Both the position numbers and the translations under genes were made by a program. A stretch of 63,886 nt of DNA, counting the filler, from Reticulomyxa filosa (lineage: Eukaryota > Protista > Foraminifera), in assembly GCA_000512085.1 (NCBI GenBank). It is 18 parts of 18 records of this genome, joined end to end, with 100 filler letters (N's around TTAATTAATTAA, not from the genome) between each part and the next. Parts side by side here need not be neighbours in the genome. Positions count along the whole stretch, not along the records: positions 39,625 to 43,657 come from ASPP01008882.1; positions 43,758 to 47,629 come from ASPP01009895.1; positions 47,730 to 49,675 come from ASPP01026424.1; positions 49,776 to 53,216 come from ASPP01027270.1; 14 more parts are not named here. One strand, given 5' to 3'. This document shows positions 39,525 through 50,745 of this stretch, piece after piece (position 1 is the stretch's first letter; each line of letters opens with the position of its first letter). The notes beneath the pieces are model-generated. The model was not told the DNA's origin. It was given only the letters and a program-made list of their open reading frames with translations, and ran no database searches.

Positions 39525-39624
39525 NNNNNNNNNNNNNNNNNNNNNNNNNNNNNNNNNNNNNNNNNNNNTTAATTAATTAANNNNNNNNNNNNNNNNNNNN
39601 NNNNNNNNNNNNNNNNNNNNNNNN

Positions 39625-40735
39625 CTCTTCAAATCTTTATTTTGTTTTGTTTTTACATTCATATTACATATACATATATATATATACATATATATATATA
39701 TACATATATGTATATATACTTAGTGCGAGAAAGGTTAAATTGAAAGTTTTTTCCTTGATGGAAATCGCGAATTACTTTTTTATATGTTTTTTGAGTGCTC
39801 AGTTTTGCTTGTGCCTCAACACAATGACTACGTAGTATCTCCACGACCTTTACGTCTCGGGTTAATTCGTCGTAGTGATCTTTGTTATTGTTTGTAAACT
39901 GTCCGGCCATATACGCAACCAATCGATTGGTTATGTCTTCGCCTCCAAACTTGACACTTTCTGTCACCGCTTCCATTTTGATTTTCTTCTCTTCAATGTG
40001 TGCCAAAGACACACCCAACTTCCCACTTCCCCAATCCACAATCACCACTTTTTTGCTCGATCGTATCTCTTTTCGATTATGCCACCAGTAACACAATGCT
40101 GCTGCTTTGTGTTCGTCCAATAATTCGATCACCTCTATTCCTGCTTCCTCAGCTGCATTTCTGATCATCTTTCGCAATTTTTTTTTTTTTTTTGTAGATT
40201 GACTTTTTTTGTTTTGTCTGACAAACAAACAAAAAAATGGAGTCATTATTTCAAACTTCTCTTTGGGAGTCAGTAAAATGAAATGGCACTGAAATAACGG
40301 CTCTGAAGGCACTCTCTTCTTCGTCTTCGCTTGCCACTTCTTTGATGAGTTTCATTATTCTTATTAAGATTTGAGAAGGTGTGTATTGCTTGTCTGAGGG
40401 CAGTTTATACACAAGTTCATCATTTACACCCTTTGCCACGTAAAAGTGGCACAGCTGACAATGCTCCATCGCCTTTACTTCATTGTATCTATGGAGTGCG
40501 CCATAGTTATTTGACTGCTCCTCTTTTTTTTTTTGGTTTCTTTGTATTTATAGGTTAACTGTTTTCCAATCAGTAGTTTCGTTCGTGCTACTACTGACTC
40601 TTCATTATCTGATAATGCTACAACTGTATCTCCACTTTGTAACTCTTCCGGACTGCCGTCTTTCCAACCACCAATTCGAAATAAAGAGGTGCCAAAATCA
40701 ATTCCAATTGCCTTAGTATCTCCAAAATCTAACAT
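39625..40735 (-). CDS. Divergent Hsp70-family protein, nucleotide-binding domain (3' truncated)
   Basis: AIGIDFGTS, YTPSQILIRIMKLIKEVA, AVISVPFHFTDSQRE/MIRNAAEEAGIEVIELLDEHKAAALCY, IVDWGSG, FGGEDITNRLVAY, LRSHCVEAQAKLS. Confidence 0.85.
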
Positions 40736-41157
40736 TGTACAATTTTTCAGAAAAATCGCTATGACAGAAAAATTTTGTTGAAAAATACTAAGACCTATTC
40801 AACAAAGAAGCAAAAAACCCTACGGGCGCAACCCTCCATATGAACACGTGTAAGGGGGAAAGTTATAAACTTATAAGCACATACACACAACAGATCAAGA
40901 AACTAAATGTATAAATAAAATAATCTAAAAAAGAATAGATGTTCCTAGTGGCTGACACCTGTTTTTCTTCTGTTTTCTCATATAAAACATTACGATCATT
41001 ACATAATTTTTGAAAAATCAAAAAATTATGTGAAAAGACATCTTGCAAACAAAATGGCTTATAACGCACTAAAAAGATATCTTCTGACGATCAGTTACAA
41101 AATAAAAAGGTTCCACGCTCAGTTGAATCACTATCCAAACACAAGCAGCGTTTAAAA

Positions 41158-43657
41158 ATGGAAAATTCAATAATCCAGCCTCATAACCTATCTACCATTC
41201 ATGTTACTAGTTTTGAAGAAAAAAAAGATGATGATGAGCAAGAGCAACCTTCCCCACTGCACAAACACTACCACAACACGATTTACATGTGCGTGTATTC
41301 AAGAGCAAATAAAGCACCATTCGCAGTGGCATTCATTGATAAAGAATCAGAGGCTCTTTACTTCGGAGAGTATATGTCTGTTGAGGCGATAGATGAATGT
41401 AACCGACCTTAACTAACCTACATGCACAGAAGAGTCTTCTTTTTTTAATTTATTATTTTCTTAAATCATTAGAGATTGATTTTTTTTATTGGGTGTATTT
41501 TAAAAAAAAATGCCAAGTGAAACTACGAATCAATCCGTGCATTATTCTGTGCAATACCAAACCTTATGTAAGATTTTTTCGTATTACACTTAAGTTTTCT
41601 TTTTTTTTATCATATATTTTTCAAACCAATCAAAATTTTTTTTTCGTATTACAAAAAAGAAAAAATGTTTTTAATATTTTGAAATAGCATCCAATCAACC
41701 AACAATTGGCACATAATGCGATGAATGAGTTTGAGTCATTCACAGTACAGTCACTGTCCATCAATGAATTTGCGATTGAATATGCAAAGAGCGTGATATC
41801 TAATGTGACCGTAATGGAGATAAGCCATCATCAATGGAGTTTACATACGCAAGCAAAAGAAGACAAATTGTTGCCATTTCGTTCTATTATTCCATTTAGC
41901 AACCACTTAATCCTTGGGTGCATCGGTGCTTTGTTAAGCTATGCAATTAAAAATCGAGTGCTGGACCAGATGCACACGCAAATTGACGACCAAAAAAAAG
42001 CCACAAATGAGTCACTATTAGAACTGCAATACATTCGTCCGATCCCAACGTTAAGAAAATCGTGCTTGTCATTTTTTTGTTTTTTTAAAATTTATTATTT
42101 GTCTTTTTTTATATAAAAAAAGAGAAGACATGTGTGTGGTGGATAACGAGACAATGAAATGTCTGTGCATTTTCGTGAGTGAACGCAATCCGTCGTTTAA
42201 AGGGGTACGAACGATCAAAGAGGGGCTGTCAATATTCTCTTTATTCAACAAAACTCATACAAGTCATGGTCGAAATGTGTTGAAACATTGGCTTTTGTTT
42301 CCATTGACGAATATTGTAACAATTCAAAATCGATTAGACACAATTGAATGGCTGCTTAGACATGAAACATTATTGCGTGACCTCAAAGGCTGTCTTTCAA
42401 ATATTCGAGATTTGAATCGGATTTTGACAAAAGTGATAACCTATCAAAGCACATTTACAGATTGGCTAGTTTTAAATTCTTCTTTGCAAGCTTTGCATCA
42501 ATTGTTGACAGTGATTCGAAGTGACCAAATATCCAATGCAAATAATATGCTGAACTTGGATTTGAATCGCGACACGAAACCAAGTATTTTGAATGATATA
42601 TTGATTTACTGGTCCGAAGATATCTCTATATTCCATTCGCATTTGAACAAGACGATCGATTTTGATCAAAGCAAAGCACAGCGAAAGGTGGTGATCCAAA
42701 GTGGGGTCAGTGATGAATTGGATCGGTTACGACGGACATACAATGGATTGGAGACATTGTTGAGTGATATATTGCGACAAGAAATGTCGAATGGCCATAT
42801 CCCATTGACGAATACCAATAACAATGGCGATATCAGTATCGTATATTTTCAACACTTGGGATATTTGTTGGAAGTGAATGATGATTCGCTATTCAATGAT
42901 TTTTTAAAACGGCAAAACTGTTTTCACAAATTTGCTTTCAATCACAACAAGTATTACAAAACCGACAAAATGAAAGAACTGGATCGCAAGTTGGGAGACT
43001 TGAAAGCATTGATCAACGACACTGAGAACAGCACTTTGAGAAATCTAATCGAACAGCATTTGCTGAAAATCGAAATGCCTTTGAAACGGTTGAATGAACT
43101 TATTGCCAAACTCGATGCCTTTTGCAGTTTAACTACGGCCGCTGCAGAATATCAATTGACTAAACCACTCATTTCCGATGAAAATGTTTTGCAAATCAAA
43201 AATGGCACCCATTTGCTACAGCAAATGTGGTATGTGATATGTATTCGCCTTTGTTTTGTTTCCGTTATTATACATGCATACATTACATGTTTATATTGTG
43301 ACAAAAAATAACAAAAAGTTTGACGTCGGAGCATACATTTATTCCAAACGACATAGCCATGAACGAACAAAGTGACGACGACACTGTCAAAAGTGGTCGC
43401 ATTGCTATCGTCACTGGCCCAAATCAAAGTGGGAAGTCTGTATTTCTGAAACAGGTCGGGATTATTGTTTATTTGGCACATATTGGGGCATTTGTGCCTG
43501 CAGAATATGTTAAAGTTGGGATTTGTGATAAACTCTTATCCCGAATGCATACCAGTGATGACATTCAATCGAACTTGTCCACTTTTACTCGCGATTGTTG
43601 TCAAATGGCATATCTTCTGCGAAATGCCACAGATAGATCTTTGTTTAGTATGTTTAC
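41158..43657 (+). CDS. MSH5: MutS homolog 5 (meiotic), multi-exon, 3' truncated
   Basis: KEGLSIFSLFNKTHTSHGRNVLKHWLLFP, GVSDELDRLRRTYNGL, YKTDKMKELDRKLGD, IKNGTHLLQ, FIPND, Walker A TGPNQSGKSVFLKQVGIIVYLAHIGAFVPA, and LSTFTRDCCQMAYLLRNATDRSL (MSH5-type STFxxDxxQ). Confidence 0.85.
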
Positions 43658-44100
43658 NNNNNNNNNNNNNNNNNNNNNNNNNNNNNNNNNNNNNNNNNNN
43701 NTTAATTAATTAANNNNNNNNNNNNNNNNNNNNNNNNNNNNNNNNNNNNNNNNNNNNAAAAAAAAGGGTCTGCTGTTGACTTTATTGTCAAACGAAGGGA
43801 GTTTGATTTAGATTGGTTTTTATTTGGTTCCAATGTAAAATTACGATGTTTTCTTTTTTTGACCTTTTTGATTAATTTACATAGTCGATGAAGATCAAAA
43901 ACAAAAGAGGAAGGGGAGCAATAGTTATAAATAAAATCAAGTTTCTACTGTTTACAAATAGCAAGATAGTCTCACTTCAATAAATGACGTAATTTCATTC
44001 TCAGCATTATTCGGTTGGATTTCCAGCGATTTTAAATAACAAGTAAAATAGTCCTTGACGTTTTTGTCACTAACCAGCCTGGGCATATTTCTTTTGCGAT

Positions 44101-45366
44101 ATGACGACTACTTCTGAATAGTATGTAAATGTTTTAGTGCATATTCAAACAATTATTTTTGTTGTAAAATGTGTGTTGATTGAAATTACTCCAACTTTAG
44201 TGATCATTTGTTAAAAGTTGTCATGGTTGGAGATTCTGGGGTTGGCAAGTCCTCTCTTTTAAAACGCTTTGCAGTTGAGTGATGAACCCACAAACGGATT
44301 TTCATGAAATCAAAAAAAAATAAAATAAAATAAAAACAAACATTTCCAATAAAATGAAAACACAGAACCACCAATGGACAGGAGATTATATCAGTACTAT
44401 TGGAGTAGATTTTGAAATTAAAACAATGGAAATTGACGATCAAACTATAAGATTGCAAATATGGGATACAGCTGGTATTTTGCTTTATTTAATTTTTTTT
44501 AAAATAAAATCCTTTTCAATCAAATTGAAGCAGCAAAAGGAAACAAAAATAATCAAAACAGGACAAGAAAGATTTCAAAACATAACGACAAGCTACTACA
44601 GTTTGTTTCAAATTTGCTAATATTTTCTTTATTTTTATTTTTTTCCATCTCTCTTTTTCAATTTTTTAAGTTGCTATCACTGTCTTTTTTTGTTATTATA
44701 CATGTGTTGCTATCTCGGAAACACTCGAACATTGGAAGGAGGGGCACATTGCATCGTTGTATGTACACATTATTTAATTTATTAAAAAAGCAAACTACAA
44801 TCTCTTAGTAGAACGCAGTAGAAGACACCTCGAGCGAAAACACATGTTTGATTGTTTATTTGAAAACACAGTTAGTTTATGACATTACACAATTGGACAC
44901 GTTCGAACACGTGCACAAATGGCACAAACAAATTCAACAACACAGCAACTTCAATGTCCAAATACTGTTAGTTGGTAATAAATCAGATCTGGCTGAGAAA
45001 AGGCAAGTATCGTTCGAACGTGCGGAAGAAATGGCAAATGAACTTGGGATATCCGTTTTTGAGGTAGGCTTTTACACAACGTTTTTTTAAATCTCGTAAC
45101 TGAATCTCAAAATTAAAAATATTTTACTAATACTTTTAAAAGGCGTCTGCCAAAGATGGAGCAAACGTTGACCAGGCATTTTATTTTATTGCAAATCAAG
45201 CTATTCGAAACAAGTTGAGTGAGGTCTTTAGTTCTTTTCAAACAGAAGCTAAAAATATGAACGGAAATGCTATATCCACAGATTACCCAATGTCACCAAA
45301 TCAAAACCTGGCTCTGTTTCATTAGAGAAAAAACAGCTGTCACAAAAAACAAATCCATGTTGCTAA
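44101..45366 (+). CDS. Rab GTPase (Rab1/Rab8-like), 8 exons
   Basis: Exons 44101-44120, 44201-44273, 44366-44474, 44562-44600, 44739-44758, 44872-45063, 45143-45213 and 45282-45366 splice in frame (all GT-AG) to give [46 protein letters not shown] and a C-terminal CC prenylation motif. Confidence 0.95.
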
Positions 45367-46288
45367 GCAGCAGCTTAGGCATTGAACATAAAATGTAGAA
45401 AACATGTTCTAGGCTGTCATTAATTTTTTTTCAGTAGCAATGACAAATTTGTGTATCACTGTTACTGTGTTCTGTTGACGTTCCAAATAATTTATTTCAT
45501 GTTAAATAAGCATCCAATAATTTACCATAAATGACATTCATTCTTACGATAAAATAATTTTAAAAGTATTTTTGGAGGCAAAAAAAGAGCCCATCGAGCT
45601 TGTTTAATATCAAGTTAGTTCATCAGTGAATGATTCCTAACCAAAACTTTCATATTTTTAGTGATTGTTGACAGCAAATTGGGTCAAACAATAAAAATCA
45701 TTTAATCCAATTTGGTGATAGACGCAATGAATAATGCCTATTAAGTGTTTTTTATTAAAGTCAACTGGATCAAAATTTTTATGCAAATGAGCCTTAGGCT
45801 TTAACGAATAAAACACCCTTTTCTTGGGAAAATTTCATTTTTATCTTTTTTTAAATATTATTTCTGTATTTGTGACAGCAAATTGACGTCAAACATGATA
45901 CAGTGTTTTTTTTTTAAGTTGCATTTTTGGTGCCCCTTTTTTTAATGAATAAAACATGAACCAACAACAGGAACACCAGAGGCAAAGTTCAATTTGTGTT
46001 GTTTTGCTTTATCTTGTTTGTTTCGAAATCATAATGTTTTTTTTGTTTGGGATATGTTGTTTGTTTTTCAGAACTGTACGAAGAGGAACGCAACAAAAAA
46101 ATATTATATAACTCCGCAACGGTACTGGCAAACAATAATGGGGAGGTGCGGACAAGAAAGCCAGCAAGGAGATTTGACCCTGTTTGGGACATGTTAAATT
46201 TTTTTTCCCTCTTTTCCTCTCCTCCATTACAAAGTAAACAAAATTTTCTGGCTTTTTTATTCTTTGTCAAAAAAAAAAAAAAAGTAAT

Positions 46289-47629
46289 TTGATTGGTGAG
46301 TCATCAAATGCTAATGCCGATGCCGCCTTGATGGATATGGGAGCATTTGACCAAGAGAAGCTCTTGGCAAGAACGATGCCAATGGTAGCAACAGCAACAG
46401 GTCAGCAATGGAACGTACCGGACAGTCGAAATGGAGGTAAAGTATCATCGACAATGATCGGAAAGAGCAGCGACGAGGGAAGAATAACAGACCCTTTGGC
46501 AAGCAAAACAAGTATTGGAAGTACTTATTTAAATGGAGACGTATACAAATCAATGGTAAGAAATGACGAAGTGTTAATGGGGACTGGACAAGTGTATCCG
46601 CAGCAACAACTACAATCACAACCACAGTCGCAATCACAATCACAATCACAGTCGCAATCACAATCACAATCACAATCACAGCCACAGATACAATTCCAAT
46701 CGCAATTGCAACAGCCATCCAGATCATCGTATCCAATGTATGAAGCTCTTCCTTCGATTGGCTTGAGCAATACAAAATCGAAATCTGAAATGATTATGGA
46801 AGAGTCCACGTTGCATTTCAGTTCGGTTTCAAGCGTTCCCAACCAACAATGTCCGACCAATCGACCTTTTTTACACTTGAACGACCAATTCATTGCGAAT
46901 GCGACGCTGTCACGTCCACACGAATTGCCCGCACATGGCAATGCCAACCACAGTTCCAATTTCCATTCTCACTCTCATTCACATTCCTATTCCAATTCCA
47001 ATCCAAACCACTCTGGCATCGTCTTGAATCCGTTGCAAATGCCTCCTACGCACACGCAAACACATTCGCATTCACATACGCATACGCACAGTGCGCCAAA
47101 CAGTCACGTGTTGCTTTCAGAAAACGTGAGCGTCAACGGATTGGGAGCATCAGAATACGTACCCGAGTACTCGATGAGCAAAACGGAACTGAATAAGAAA
47201 CAAAAGCAGCTGCAACAATGGGAGCTGGACCTGGAGCAACGCGAAGAGCAAATCCGCGCGACCGAAGAGAAGCAAGGCAGTGAACAAAGCATGTTGGAAC
47301 AGCTGAAAAACAAAATCGAAATCAATAAAAAACTTCAGCTCCAACAGTACCAAGCCAAAGTCCAAGAACTTCAGTCACTTCAGCTTCAACACAATGCCGC
47401 TCAACAAAAGCTTGATGCTGGTACAATTATCTTTTCAAAAAAAAAAAATTTAATACATAGGTGAGATAAATATACATAAATGAATAGATAAAAAGCAGTT
47501 TCAGCAGTGGATGAGTGAACAAATGCAATTCAATGAACATTTGTTACGGTTTTTTTTTTTTTTTTTATTATCTCCCCCTTTTTTTTTTTTTTTTTTTTGA
47601 AGTGTGAACGTGATGATAATGCTACAAAC
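46289..47629 (+). CDS. Low-complexity protein with QS and HS/HT dipeptide repeats and a coiled coil (partial)
   Basis: 391-codon ORF with (QS)n at about 46610-46680 and a Q/E-rich coiled coil. Donor at about 47421 and a further small exon near 47488-47549. Confidence 0.6.
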
Positions 47630-47868
47630 NNNNNNNNNNNNNNNNNNNNNNNNNNNNNNNNNNNNNNNNNNNNTTAATTAATTAANNNNNNNNNNNNNNN
47701 NNNNNNNNNNNNNNNNNNNNNNNNNNNNNAACTCAATTTATTAAATCACATTGTAAGTTTGTCAGTTACATTTATTTCGAACTAGCCAAGTAGTAGTGAG
47801 CGTGTGTAAAGAGGAGGGAGAAACTTATGAAAATACGCATACCAAAAAAAAAAAATTGAAATGAAACA

Positions 47869-49100
47869 GATGGAAAAGCGAAAATTGAGGAATTGGGGAC
47901 AAAATTGAAAGAAATCAACCAATTGCGTAAGGATTGCATGGTGGAAGAAAAAACAGCAAACCCGACAGTGGACATTCCAAAATTGTTGCAATATTACAAT
48001 GTGATGTGTGTATTGGAGAAGCGATTTCCATTTGGAAAGACCTCGACAGGATGGTTCAGCAAAGTGCAGTCAGTGATGATAGAATTTCGTTGGTGTGACG
48101 CGTTCAATTCCAAAAAAATATCCACCAACTATTCGATTAAATTAGATAAAGTATCCATTTTGTACAATTTGGGTGCTTTAATGAGGTTATTTCTTTGTTT
48201 TGTGTTTTTTGGGTGTTTGCATATATAAAATAAATATATGTATTTATATATACATACATATTTATTTATTTATATACACATATATATTTATATACATATA
48301 TATATACATACATGTATGTATGTATGTATATGTATCTGTTAGCATTACGACAACAATACAACTAACTAACTCTTGCTTTGGTCTTTTCTTTTTACATACT
48401 TTGGTTAAATAACAGTTTGCAGGCAATAAAACGTCAAAGTGGTGGCAAAGAATGACTTAAAGAGGCTGCCAATTTGGTATATCGAATTGATCTTCAAACA
48501 CATGTGCCACTGCATTTGCATGCGATGCATATGTGATCTTAGAACAAGCCGCCAAAGAAAATCAAGACATTTATTTTGAAGTTGAGCATTAACAAAAAAA
48601 AAAAAAGATAATAAGACCACCGTAACATATATAAGTACCCCTTACACACATACATACATACATACAATTCAATTGCATATTATATACATACGTATACATT
48701 ATCTGTTTTATTTATTACTAATGTATACATTATGTATGTATATGAATACAGACAGTAAATGATTAAGTCTTGGCTCGTGAAAATGAAAGAGATATCAATT
48801 TAGCAGAATTGAATACAAATATGGCCAAGCTAGGAATTGACGCGTATGGTAATTTGGCCTCTTTCAATTCTTCTTCTTCTTATGAGCTGCAATCCCAACC
48901 CAAATATCAGCCCCAATCGCAACCACAATCACAATCACAATCACAACAATCTCAATTATCTCAACTTCAATCACAATTTTCAGTCAGTCCGAGTGCGCCT
49001 TTCTACAATGCGACTGCACCATCATTTAACCCCAGCTATGCACCCACTCGGCAATGGAGTGGTCAACAACAATGCCAGCAACTTCCACAGTACTATTCAG
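47869..49100 (+). pseudogene. ALIX/BRO1-like gene, internally deleted or fragmentary
   Basis: BRO1 N-terminus: LLQYYNVMCVLEKRFPF...IEFRWCDAF...SIKLDKVSILYNLGALM. A later exon reads TVND*VLARENERDINLAEL (V-domain end-like) followed by a Q/P/Y-rich tail with PSAP. Confidence 0.7.
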
Positions 49101-49775
49101 GTCAATGTCTTTTTTCTTTTGTGTGTGTGTTATGCTTTCCTAAAACAGCCTTAACACATTAAAGTAAATGATCTTTTTGAATATTTATTGCAATAACAAC
49201 AACGGAAATCAATAAGGATGTTATATATATTAATAAATATTAAGTATGCAAAGAGTTTTTTGGTTGATTTTAAATAAGTTTTTATAACTACAACATTGTG
49301 AATGATCCCAACAGAAATTTAATTTAAAAAACTGATTTTTCTTTTTTTATGATAAAATAATCTTTATATTTTGATGACATTAAATTGTCATTTTTAAAGT
49401 TACTTGTCATAAATTCTTCAACTTTTGTATAGCAAATAAACTTCAAGTACAAATGGATGCCAGAATATAACTACCAAATTATCCTGATAAGCATTTTTAA
49501 TTGTGAAAGAGACATACTTTGATCTATTTAATTTTAGTTGCCTCATTGGTTGGTACGTTGAATACCACGAAACAAGAAGAAAGCATATCAACTTGCAGTG
49601 ACAAAAATGAATTGAGTTTTGCAGTTTGTCACTGAACAGTAGTGACATTCATGCAATAACAAATTACAAAGCATANNNNNNNNNNNNNNNNNNNNNNNNN
49701 NNNNNNNNNNNNNNNNNNNTTAATTAATTAANNNNNNNNNNNNNNNNNNNNNNNNNNNNNNNNNNNNNNNNNNNN

Positions 49776-50207
49776 TATCATATGATCCAGAACAAATGAA
49801 TTGACAATCATCAAATGTTGAATAATCAATACTCCTCACAGCGCTTGTATGTCCAGTGAATGTATTGATTAATTTGGATGATGAACGAAATGTGTCAAAC
49901 ATGAAGACAGTAGGTATCTATGTTAAATAAACATTTAAATATTTTGATTGGTATTTTAAAAAGGAAAGGACAAATGAACTAACATAATTGACAACAAGTT
50001 TGCCAAACTCATGGATCCATCCTAATTTAATTTTTAATATTCGAATCCAATGTTGAATGATTACTTGAATATTTTCTTCAGGCTGTTTGGATCACAAATT
50101 ATATATGGCAAATAAAACAACTAAAAAACAAATTTTCTGAAGGCTTGTATAAAGCTTACCAACGCTAACTGTGTTGAAGTTCGCTTTTCATTGCTAAGAG
50201 TTATCAT
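49776..50207 (-). CDS. WD40 protein, 5' part (3 exons, truncated by contig edge)
   Basis: Exons 50160-50207 (MITLSNEKRTSTQLAL), 49984-50082 and 49917 downward (FDTFRSSSKLINTFTGHTSAVRSIDYS...CSGSYD), all GT-AG and phase 0. Confidence 0.8.
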
Positions 50208-50404
50208 TTTGTTTTTTGCTTAAGATCGTTTTTGACGATGTAAATGAACGATATTGAACGTTCTCCTCAAGGGCAACGAAAGCGTTTTCAAAAATATTTT
50301 GACAACATAAAGAATAGGATTTTAACAATACATGTGATTTTCAAGAAATAACTTTTTTAATAAAAAACTCCTTGTTTTTAAATTGATTATTGCTTTGCCA
50401 AACT

Positions 50405-50745
50405 TGAAGACACTAGTAGTGTTTGTGTTATTGAATTTTCATCATTAATGGTCAATAAATTCAAGTGTTCAATGGACATACAAATTGGGTTTGGTTTGAA
50501 TATTCAACGTTTGTAATAAACGATAGTATTGGTAATCCAAATGTGATATGTTCTGGATCATATGATAATACAATTCGTTTTTGGGATATTCGACCAAATA
50601 AGAATGATCCAAGGAGGTGACGAAGATTATGGAATATCATGTCTGAAATTTATTGTATTGAAAATGAAAGATAAGACAAAGAACGTCAAATATGATTCGA
50701 ATTTGTGTTATGGTTCAGGCAAGGTCCCATTCATGTTTGGGGATA
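50405..50745 (+). pseudogene. Decayed WD40 C-terminal fragment
   Basis: IQVFNGHTNWVW..EYSTF...NVICSGSYDNTIRFWDIR...YGISCLKF...LCYGS, with deletions and frameshifts. Confidence 0.7.

Noticed and set aside
46525-46959. Cys-rich (CD)n ORF resembling a metallothionein
   Set aside because: It is the antisense reading of the (QS)n repeat in the plus-strand gene.
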